Below, one piece after another: positions 1 to 11,071 of a stretch of DNA of 64,000 nt (position 1 is its first letter; every line of letters starts with the position of its first letter). The notes beneath the pieces were generated by a model. That model was not told the DNA's origin. It worked only from the letters and a program-made list of their open reading frames with translations, and ran no database searches. Location: NCBI RefSeq assembly GCF_963921235.1, contig NC_086097.1:251536001-251600000 (forward strand), read 5' to 3'. The translations under genes and the position numbers were made by a program. This DNA comes from Mobula hypostoma. Taxonomy: Eukaryota.

Positions 1-1121
1 CATAAATAGTTAAATAGTAATATGTAAATTATGCCAGGAAATAAGTCCAGGACCAGCCTATTGGCTCAGGATGTCTGACCCTCCAAGGGAGGAGTTGTAA
101 AGTTTGATGGCCACAGGCAGGAATGACTTCCTATGACGCTCTGTGTTTCATCTCGGTGGAATGAGTCTCTGGCTGAATGTACTCCTGTGCCCACCCAGTA
201 CATTATGTAGTGGATGGGAGACATTGTCCAAGATGGCATGCAACTTGGACAGCATCCTCTTTTCAGACACCACCGTCAGAGAGTCCAGTTCCATCCCCAC
301 AACATCACCGGCCTTACGAATGAGTTTGTTGATTCTGTTGGTGTCTGCTACCCTCAGCCTGCTGCCCCAGCACACAACAGCAAACATGATCGCATTGGCC
401 ACCACAGACTCGTAGAACATCCTCAGCATCGTCGGGCAGATGTTAAAGGACCTCAGTCTCCTCAGGAAATAGAGACGGCTCTGACCCTTCTTGTAGACAG
501 CCCTAGTGTTCGTTGACCAGTCCAGTTTATTGTCAATTCGTATCCCCAGGTATTTGTAATCCTCCACCATGTCCACACTGACCCCCTGGATGGAAACAGG
601 GGTCACCGGTACCTTAGCTCTCCTCAGGTCTACCACCAGCTCCTTAGACTTTTTCACATTAAGCTGCAGATAATTCTGCTCACACCATGTGACAAAGTTT
701 CCTACCTTAGACCTGTACTCAACCTCATCTCCCTTGCTGATGCATCCAACTATGGCAGAGTCATCCGAAAACTTCTGAAGATGACAAGACTCTGTGCAGT
801 AGTTGAAGTCCGAGGTGTAAATGGTGAAGAGAAAGGGAGACCAGACAGTCCCCTGTGGAGCCCCAGTGCTGCTGATCACTCTGTCGGACACACAGTGTTG
901 CAAGCACACGTACTGTGGTCTGCCAGTCAGGTAATCAAGAATCCATGATCCCAGGAAAGCATCCACCTGCATCGCTGTCAGCTTCTCCCCCAGCAGAGCA
1001 GGGCAGATGGTGTTGAACGCACTGGAGAAGTCAAAAAACATGACCCTCACAGTGCTCACTGGCTTGTCCAGGTGGGTGTAGACACGGTTCAGCAGGTAGA
1101 CGATGGCATCCTCAACTGCGT
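1..1121 (-). mobile_element. Rex1/Babar-type LINE, 5'-truncated RT fragment, continuing past the window start
   Basis: ORF 148..1059(-) with RT motifs FFDFSSAFNTI, GAPQGTV.SPFLF, KFSDD, LNVKKSKELVVD. Confidence 0.85.
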
Positions 1122-2176
1122 CAAATCAAATCAGCAACGATTGCAGTGGGGTACTCTAACCCTCGGTAACCTTAATGTGTACGTCTTTGGACTGTGGGAG
1201 AAAACAGGAGAACCGGGAGGAAACTCACGCAGTCATGAGGAGAACATACAGCTGACTGCTAGCACTGTGATAGCATTACACAACTACGTACTACACTACT
1301 GTATTTAAAAAGAGTCATTGTTTGACCCAATTTATTCTCACTAACATGACTGAACGTTCAGTTTTGTTACAAGCTGCTAGAGGGAAGGTGCTGTAAGCAT
1401 GCTACATTCTTTATAGGTATAATTCACTGTGGGGAGTGGATTGATTGTGAGTAGTGATGGAAAAAGTTCAGATGTGCACAAATGAAGCCGTAGACAAAAG
1501 AAAACCCAAGTTTCTGTCTGAAATATCAGGGCGGCACAGTAGCTTAAGAGGTTAGTGTATTGCTGTTCCTGTGCCAGCCACCTGATTTCAATTCCTGCTG
1601 CTGTCTTTCAGCCAGGTTGGATCTGCAAGAAATGTCAGTCCCCGCCACCCCCCCAATTTCTCTGCTGTATTTTGTGATGTAAGAGGCTGATTCCAGATGG
1701 TCCTGAGGGACCTTCATTCCTCCAGTAATTTTCTTCATTAACGTGTGATTATATGGATGATGAGATTTTTGATGCCTTGGAGAGCTAGCTGTTAATTAAT
1801 TTTTTCCATATACAAGAGATTTTGAAGGTGCTGGAAATCCAGAGTAACACATACACAATGCTGGAAGATATCAGCAGGCCAGGCAGCATCTATGGAGGGG
1901 GAATATACTTCAGCAAGGCCTTCATTAAGGTCCTTCATGGTTGGAAAAATGGGAAGAGAGAGGAGAGGGAACAGGAAGCATCAGGGAGACATTCTGTAAT
2001 GATCAATGAACCAGTTGTTGGGAATCGAGGACCTTGCCTGGTGACTCGGGGCTGGTGTGGATGCAGCCATGGGACTCCACGCCCCAGCACACTTTCTCTG
2101 CCACCTGTCTTACACCACTCCCACGGCGCACCACTCTCACTAATCCCTGCCAGACTTACGAACTCATTGACAAAGA

Positions 2177-2207
2177 CAGTACTGTGCAAAAGTCTTTGGC
2201 ACCCCAG

Positions 2208-2238
<31 letters not shown>

Positions 2239-2263
2239 CGCCTAAGACTCTTGCACAGTACTG
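2177..2263. mobile_element. Tiny Tc1/mariner-like MITE with internal (TA)n(TG)n
   Basis: 26-bp inverted repeats CAGTACTGTGCAAAAGTCTTTGGCAC / GCGCCTAAGACTCTTGCACAGTACTG. Confidence 0.7.
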
Positions 2264-2438
2264 GAAGTAATGCAAAAAGAATCTAACAATGCTGTGCAAA
2301 TTTAAGATGTATTTGCTGGTGTTTGGTTATTTCATCCTTACATGATTGACACTCTCACCTTCCGGTTTCTTTCTAATTGTCGGCGTTGTTCCAGGATGTT
2401 AAACCCCTCACTGACCAACTTTACTTCTGTGCTTTTAG

Positions 2439-2529
2439 GATCTCGAACGAGAAATCTCTTTTCAGGCGGACAGTGGCTTATATTACTACTATTATAAGAA
2501 GATGTTGCAGGCAACATCAATCCAAGAAG
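2439..2529 (+). CDS. DPY19L4: DPY19L4 exon (91 nt): [30 protein letters not shown](G)
   Basis: ttttag|GAT ... GAAG|gttagt; DPY19 luminal-loop motif. Confidence 0.93.
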
Positions 2530-2802
2530 GTTAGTTTAATTAATTTTACAATATGTTTTGTGTCCTGTGTGGGAAAATTCTGAAAATTGGTTGGAACAAT
2601 TTGTAGTTTCTAGCAGCGTTTCTAACTCACAGCAAATACAATTTTGTTTTTCTTCTTTTTCAGGAAATATAGCATTGCTTATGGTCAAGACTGCTTTGAA
2701 AGTTATATGTATGCATCTTTGCTTTGCCCAAGCAGTCAGGCTGAGCAACACCTCCGTCCATTCACCAAACTCAGCACCACTGCATCCTCTCCACAGATCC
2801 TC

Positions 2803-5800
2803 ATCACTTTACACTGACACTCCACACCTCATACCCACACTGACACACTCCTCTCCACAGTCCCTCACCACCCCCTTCATCCCCATTCACTGTCACTTTA
2901 CACTGACACCTCATACCCACACTGACACACTCCTCTCCACAGTCCCTCACCACCCCCTTCATCCCCCATTCACTGTCACTTCACAGTGACACTCCACACC
3001 TCATACCCACACTGACACACTCCTCTCCACAGTCCCTCACCACCCCCTTCATCCCCCATTCACTGTCACTTTACACTGACACTCCACACCTCATACCCAC
3101 ACTGACACACTCCTCTCCACAGTCCCTCACCACTCCCTTCATCCCCCCATTCACTGTCACTACACACTGACACTCCACACCTCATACCCACACTGACACA
3201 CTCATCTCCACAGTCTCTCACCACCCCCTTCATCCCCCATTCACTGTCACTACACTGACACTCCACACCTCATACCCACACTGACACACTCCTCTCCACA
3301 GTCCCTCACCACCCCCTTCATCCCCCCCATTCACTGTCACTTTACACTGACACTCCACACCTCATACCCACACTGACACACTCCTCTCCACAGTCCCTCA
3401 CCACCCCCTTCATCCCCCATTCACTGTCACTTTACACTGACACTCCACACCTCATACCCACACTGACACACTCCTCTCCACAGTCCCTCACCACCCCCTT
3501 CATCCCCCCATTCACTGTCACTACACACTGACACTCCACACCTCATACCCACACTGACACACTCATCTCCACAGTCTCTCACCACCCCCTTCATCCCCCA
3601 TTCACTGTCACTACACTGACACTCCACACCTCATACCCACACTGACACACTCCTCTCCACAGTCCCTCACCACCCCCTTCATCCCCCCCATTCACTGTCA
3701 CTTTACACTGACACTCCACACCTCATACCCACACTGACACACTCCTCTCTACAGTCCCTCAGCACCCCCTTCATCCCCCCATTCACTGTCACTTCACACT
3801 GACACTCCACACCTCATACCCACGCTGACACACTCCTCTCCACAGTCTCTCACCACCCCCTTCATCCCCATTCACTGTCACTTTACACTGACACTGCACA
3901 CCTCATACCCACACTGACACACTCCTCTCCACAGTCCCTTACCACCCCCTTCATCCCCCCATTCACTGTCACTACACACTGACACTCCACACCTCATACC
4001 CACACTGACACACTCCTCTCCACATTCCCTCACCACCCCCTTCATCCCCATTCACTGTCACTTTACAATGACACTCCACATCTCATAGACACTGACACAC
4101 TCCTCTCCACAGTCCCTCACCACCCCCTTCATCCCCCCATTCACTGTCACTTCACACTGACACTCCACACATACCAACACTGACACACTCCTCTCCACAG
4201 TCCCTCACCACCCCCTTCATCCCCCCATTCACTGTCACTTCACACTGACACTCCACACCTCATACCCACACTGACACACTCCTCTCCACAGTCCCTCACC
4301 ACCCTCTTCATCCCCCCATTCACTGTCACTTCACACTGACACTCCACACCTCATACCCACACTGACACACTCCTCTCCACAGTCCGTCACCACCCCCTTC
4401 ATCCCCCCATACACTGTCACCTTACACTGACACTCCACACCTCATACCCACACTGACACACTCCTCTCCACAGTCCCTCACCACCCCCTTCATCCCCCCA
4501 TTCACTGTCACTACACACTGACACTCCACACCTCATACCCACACTGACACACTCATCTCCACAGTCCCTCACCACCCCCTTCATCCCCCCATTCACTGTC
4601 ACTACACACTGACACTCCACACCTCATACCCACACTGACACACTCATCTCCACAGTCCCTCACCATCCCCTTCATCCCCCCATTCACTGTCACTTCACAC
4701 TGACACTCAACACCTCACACCCACACTGACACACTCCTCTCCACTGTCCCTCACCACCCCCTTCATCCCCCCATTCACTGTCACTTTACACTGACACTCC
4801 ACACCTCACACCCACACTGACACACTCCTCTCCACAGTCCCTCACCACCCCCTTCATCCCCCATTCACTGTCACTTCACACTGACACTCCACACCTCACA
4901 CCCACACTGACACACTCCTCTCCACAGTCCCTCACCACCCCCTTCATCCCCCCATTCATTGTCACTTTACACTGACACTCCATACCTCATACCCACACTG
5001 ACACACTCCTCTCCACAGTCCCTCACCACCCCCTTCATCCCCCATTCACTGTCACTTCACACTGACACTCCATACCTCATACCGACACTGAACACTCCTC
5101 TCCACAGTCCCTCACCACCCCCTTCATCCCCTATTCACTGTCACTTTACACTGACACTCCACACCTCATACCCACACTGACACACTCCTCTCCACAGTCC
5201 CTCACCACCCCCTTCATCCCCCCATTCACTGACACTCCACACCTCACACCCACACTGACACAGTCCTCTCCACAGTCCCTCACCACCCCCTTCATCCCCC
5301 CATTCACTGTCACTTTACACTGACACTCCACACCTCATACCCACACTGACACACTCCTCTCCACAGTCCCTCACCACCCCCTTCATCCCCCCATTCACTG
5401 TCACTTTACACTGACACTCCACACCTCATACCCACACTGACACACTCCTCTCCACAGTCCCTTACCACCCCCTTCATCCCCCCATTCACTGTCACTACAC
5501 TGACACTCCAAACCTCATACCCACACTGACACACTCCTCTCCACAGTCCCTTACCACCCCCTTCATCCCCCATTCGCTGTCACCTTACACTGACACTCCA
5601 AACCTCATACCCACACTCACACACTCCTCTCCACAGTCCCTCACCACCCGCTTCATCCCCCATTCACTGTCACTTCACACTGACACTCCACACCTCACAC
5701 CCACACTGACACACTCCTCTCCACAGTCTCTCACCACCCCCTTCATCCCCCCCATTCACTGTCACTTCACACTGACACTCCACACCTCATACCCACACTG

Positions 5801-7500
5801 ACACACTCCTCTCCACAGTCCCTCACCACCCCCATCATCCCCCATTCACTGTCACTTTACACTGACACTCCACACCTCACACCCACACTGACACACTCCT
5901 CTCCACAGTCCCTCACCACCCACTTCATCCCCCATTCACTGTCACTCCACACCTCATACCCACACTGACACACTCCTCTCCACAGTCCCTCACCACCCCC
6001 TTCATCCCCCATTCACTGTCACTCCACACCTCATACCCACACTGACACACTCCTCTCCACAGTCCCTCACCACCCCTCTTCATCACCCATTCACTGTCAC
6101 TTCACACTGACACCTCATACCCACACTGACACACTCCTCTCCACAGTCCCTCACCACCCGCTTCATCCCCCATTCACTGTCACTTTACACTGACACTCCA
6201 CAACTCATACCCACACTGACAGACTCCTCTCCACAGTCCCTCACCACCCCCTTCATCCCCCATTCACTGTCACTCCACACCTCATACCCACACTGACACA
6301 CTCCTCTCCACAGTCCCTCACCACCCCCTTCATCCCCCCATTCACTGTCACTTTACACTGACACTCCATACCTCATACCCACACTGACACACTCCTCTCC
6401 ACAGTCCCTCACCAACCCCTTCATCCCCCCATTCACTGTCACTTTACACTGACACTCCATACCTCATACCCACACTGACACACTCCTCTCCACAGTCCCT
6501 CACCACCCCCTTCATCCCCCCATTCACTGTCACTTTACACTGACACTCCACACCTCATACCCACACTGACACACTCCTCTCCACAGTCCCTTACCACCCC
6601 CTTCATCCCCCCATTCACTGTCACTACACTGACACTCCAAACCTCATACCCACACTCACACACTCCTCTCCACAGTCCCTCACCACCCGCTTCATCCCCC
6701 ATTCGCTGTCACCTTACACTGACACTCCACACCTCATACTCACACTGACAGACTCCTCTCCACAGTCCCTCACCACCCCCTTCATCCCCCCCATTCACTG
6801 TCACTTCACACTGACACTCCACACCTCACACCCACACTGACACACTCCTCTCCACAGTCTCTCACCACCCACTTCATCCCCATTCACTGTCACTTCACAC
6901 TGACACTCCACACCTCATACCCACACTGACACACTCCTCTCCACAGTCCCTCACCACCCCCTTCATCCCCCATTCACTGTCACTCCACACCTCATACCCA
7001 CACTGACACACTCCTCTCCACAGTCCCTCACCACCCCTCTTCATCACCCATTCACTGTCACTTCACACTGACACCTCATACCCACACTGACACACTCCTC
7101 TCCACAGTCCCTCACCACCCGCTTCATCCCCCATTCACTGTCACTTTACACTGACACTCCACACCTCATACCCACACTGACAGACTCCTCTCCACAGTCC
7201 CTCACCACCCCCTTCATCCCCCATTCACTGTCACTCCACACCTCATACCCACACTGACACACTCCTCTCCACAGTCCCTCACCACCCCCTTCATCCCCCC
7301 ATTCACTGTCACTTTACACTGACACTCCATACCTCATACCCACACTGACACACTCCTCTCCACAGTCCCTCACCACCCCCTTCATCCCCCCATTCACTGT
7401 CACTTTACACTGACACTCCATACCTCATACCCACACTGACAGACTCCTCTCCACAGTCCCTTACCACCCCCTTCATCCCCCATTCACTGTCACGTTACAT
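2803..7500 (+). repeat. C/A-rich minisatellite, ~90-bp unit, roughly 50 copies
   Basis: Unit cactgacactccacacctcatacccacactgacacactcctctccacagtccctcaccacccccttcatccccccattcactgtcacttta; 90-bp period (e.g. 3331 and 3421). Confidence 0.97.
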
Positions 7501-7723
7501 TTACCATTTACGGTCTACACCTCCTACTGACACACTCCTCTACACTATCCCTCTTCACCTGCTTTGTTCCACCAACCCCCCCCCACCACCCCCATACACT
7601 GCTACGTTATGCAACCTTATTGGATCTGGAGTAAGAAAGATTTCATTCTCCTTTACATTTGTATACTGAACAATGACAGCAAACAATCTTGAATCTTTCT
7701 TTGGGTGCTCTGATTGTAATCTG

Positions 7724-8203
7724 TACTCATTGGCCACTTCATTAGGTACAGAAGTGGGACCCAGTGTAGTATATCCACTTCAATGTTTGACGCATTGTGC
7801 ATCCACAGAAACTCTTCTATTTAAGTTACTGCCACCTTCCTGTCAGTTTCAACCGGGGGCTATCCTCTTGACCTCTCTGATTAACAAGCCATTTTTGATC
7901 ACAGAACTGCCACTCACTGAATGTTTTTTTGTTTTTCACACCATTCAATGTAAACTCTAGAGACTGTTATGGGTGAAAATCCCAGGAGATTTGTAGTTAC
8001 TGAGATACTCAAAACACCCTGTCATTCCACAGTCAAAGTCACTTAGATCACATTTCGTCCCCATTCTGATGCTTGGTGTGTACAACAACTGAACTTCTTG
8101 ACCATGTCTGCATGCTTTATGCATTGAGTTGCTGCCACATGTTTGACTGATCAGATAGTTGCATGAACAAGGTGTACCTAATAAATTGGCCACTGAGTGT
8201 GTA
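7724..8203 (-). mobile_element. Internally deleted Tc1-like DNA transposon
   Basis: Imperfect ~27-bp TIRs (actcattggccacttcattaggtaca / tgtacctaataaattggccactgagt); minus-strand MGTKCDLSDFD resembles a Tc1 transposase N-terminus. Confidence 0.75.
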
Positions 8204-8708
8204 TTAATTGCTTCTGGATTTTTAGATTATTTTCAAGGGTTGCAACCCATTGTGTTATTGGAACTCTTTGGTATGCTTTTCAAAGAGTTATAGTTTTACA
8301 AAAAAAACACTTCAACACAGAAACAGGCCTTTTGGCCCATCTAGTCCATAGCAAACTATTAAACTGCACCCAGACCATACCACTCCCGTCCATGTACCTC
8401 TCCAAATTTGTCTTAAGTGTTGAAATGGAGCTTGCATTGACACACCGGTTAGTGGATTAATTGGTCATTGCACCTAGGGGGGGTTGCTGGGCGGTGCCAC
8501 TCGTTAGACTGCAAGGGCCTGTTCCATACTGTGTCTCTAAAAATTGGTAAATAAATGTGTGACCAAAGATAATCAGGCAAGGAAGTTGATTCCATTATGT
8601 ATAAAAGGGATTCAGACACTTTGTTTAAATCAGTATGAAAATGTTTTTTTTTAACCTTTGTTGATTTTTAAAAATTCCACATTTTGATTTCACTTCTTTC
8701 CTCATTAG

Positions 8709-8830
8709 GATTTTTTGAACTGACACATGATAACAAGACACTATCATTAAGGACCCTTAATTCAGTGCAGCAAATCGGCCTGTATCCGGAGGTGTTTGCT
8801 GGCATCTTGTATCGTATTACTGGTAGTCGG
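8709..8830 (+). CDS. DPY19L4: DPY19L4 exon (122 nt): (G)FFELTHDNKTLSLRTLNSVQQIGLYPEVFAGILYRITGSR
   Basis: cattag|GA ... CGG|gtatgt; phase 1 in, phase 0 out. Confidence 0.93.
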
Positions 8831-9244
8831 GTATGTAGTCAGCCTGATCGGTTGTGAGAATGCGCCTGCAGCCGATCAATTGCACGGTGAACTGATTGGG
8901 CCTCCTACGCATGGGAAGCACTCTCTCTTTGCACGGGTTTTTGACTGCTCATGTTTTCATCTCAGTGGGCCTGATTTGTATCTCCCACGATTATTGGAGA
9001 TGTTGAAGAAGGAATGACATTAGAGGAATTTTTCCCTGTGCCGAATGAAGGGTGGCTATTTGGCCATTTGGCCCTGTGCTTGCTCCTTGAGGCTGCATTT
9101 CACAGATATAAATGTGTAAATTGTCTGGTATGTAGATTGGTCAACATTACTCAGTAGAAAATGTTTAATCTCACTTCTCTATGGTCGCTCTTGCTCTGTA
9201 CATGCGTAACACAGCCAATGTTTATCTTAAATTTTAGACGCTTT

Positions 9245-10060
9245 TCAATAAGTTTCAATAGGTACATTTAATGTCAGAGAAATGTATACACTATACATCC
9301 TGAAATTCTTTTTCTTTGCAAACATCCACGAAAACAGAGGAGTGCCCCAAAGAATGAATGACAGCTAAATGTTAGAACCCTGAAGCCCTCCCCCACCTCC
9401 CCCTCCCATGCACAAGCAGCAGCAAAGCAATGACCCCCCCACCAGCAAAAAAGTATCAGCACCCTCCACTGAGCACTCAAGCGTGCAGCAAAGCATCAAT
9501 AAAGACACAGACTTGCAGTACCCCAAAGACTTCTCGTTCACCCTGTAATTCAACATACCACAGGCTCGCTCTCTCCCTAATAAGGGAAAAAGAGGTGTCC
9601 CATTTCACAGCGAGATGGGAGACATAACAAAACAACTCACCGATCTGTGGTGTTAAAAATCCGTTGCGTAGTTTTTTTCTGAGCTCTGTGCCCAAAGAAC
9701 TCGGGTCTCTGGGCACACAGCCAGCAGCCAGCTTGCTGCTTTCTATCTTCCATTTCCCACGATGCACCAGCCAGCAGCCCCGACCTCGAGTCCGCCTGCC
9801 TCCAGAGCAACGAAAATCCGGCACCCTGAAGGCACGCTCGTCTCCTAGGCCACGTCCTTGGCATATCGAAAAGTGGCCAGTTGTGAGACCACGAGAGCGG
9901 GTCACATTTCCGCAAAGAACTGAAGTCAGCGTGTAATTCCAGGTCAGGGTCTTCAAAAGAACCTTGAAAAGGAAAAAAGAGATATTAAAAATAGAAATAG
10001 AGCTGTTTCCGAAGATGCAAGCAAAGGAGTTGCCATTAGGCGCCATCGTCCTCCTAAGCT
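9245..10060 (-). mobile_element. Non-autonomous retroelement, family unassigned; related pieces at ~16760-17065 and ~49940-50070
   Basis: Shared motifs (ccccaaagaatga...cacaagcagcagcaaa) recur within the window; no credible ORF. Confidence 0.5.
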
Positions 10061-10121
10061 CTGCCCTCATTTTTGAATGTAGTAATATCTTCACAATATT
10101 AAAAAGTAAATGTAGGGTTGT

Positions 10122-10487
10122 GGGGTGAAGATACGGAGATACGTCTGTACCAAAGGAGATGTAAGGTGCTCCTTCCCTCTACTGGCCTGCATGTCACCCT
10201 TGGGCAAGGCTCAGCACCTGCTTATCCCCTGATCAGGGTCATATGAAGTCATGGGAGCACCTGGTGGGTGGCCGTATGAGTAGCCGGTGCATATCACAAT
10301 TCCTGGTTATGCAGCCACTGATGCCAGGCAGAAAATCTCTGAAGAGTATTGATAATGGCTTGTAAAGACACTGCCCAGAAGAAGGCAATGGCAAGCCACT
10401 TCTATAGAAAAATTTGCCAAGAACAATCATGGTCATGGAAAGTCTGTGATCACCCACATCATACGACATGGCAAGTAATGATGATGG
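10122..10487 (+). mobile_element. RTE-related non-autonomous element with (ATG)n tail
   Basis: gaaggcaatggcaagccacttc resembles an RTE/Bov-B-associated motif; ends in taatgatgatg. Confidence 0.55.
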
Positions 10488-10579
10488 TGAGTCTCTATTT
10501 AATGGCACTGGGAGGGTAGATTTTTCTTTCCTTCTTCCACCATCAACACTGCTTTCAACAGCATCTCCTCCATTTTACA

Positions 10580-10810
10580 TGGTAAAAGGGTTTTCTGGCC
10601 CAGCGAGACCACACTGCCCAGTTACATCCATGTGGCCAATTAACCTGCTAACCAGTACGACTTTGGACTGTGGGAGGAAACCGGAGCACCCGGAGGAGAC
10701 TCGCGCGGTCATGGGGAGAACGTACAAACTCCTTACAGACAGCAGTGGGATTGAACCTAGGTCACTGGCTCTGCATAGGGCAACATTGACCACTGGGTTA
10801 CCATGCCGTC
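10580..10810 (-). mobile_element. tRNA-derived V-SINE. Other copies: ~1150-1300(-), ~16265-16520(-), ~21260-21490(+), ~37400-37670(-), ~40320-40612(+), ~47330-47597(+)
   Basis: V-domain core ggagtttgtacgttctcccc...ccgggtgctccggtttcctcccacagtccaaag behind a tRNA-like head. Confidence 0.75.
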
Positions 10811-11071
10811 CATTTAAGATGGTGAACTTTAGATCAGATGTTTTTTTACGCCATGGACCAATACCGTTAAGCAAGGGGTCCACGGACTCCAGGTTGGGAA
10901 CCCTTGATTTAGAAGGTTAATGGGAGGAGAAGGGTGTATGAGCATCATTCATGATAATAATGACCCTGCGACTGAATAGGAAGCCAGGAATTGTTAGTAA
11001 TGCTCTTTGACCGTGGAGAAAACCCCTGTCTCCCTCCAGTCCAGGAGGTTAAGTTAGCTGTCCTGTTATTG

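Noticed and set aside
3066..5331. Repeated Cys/Val/Gly-rich ORFs (MECQCSDSEW...)
   Set aside because: Translations of the minisatellite
9477..10094. 205-aa minus-strand ORF
   Set aside because: Lies within an interspersed repeat and has no protein motifs
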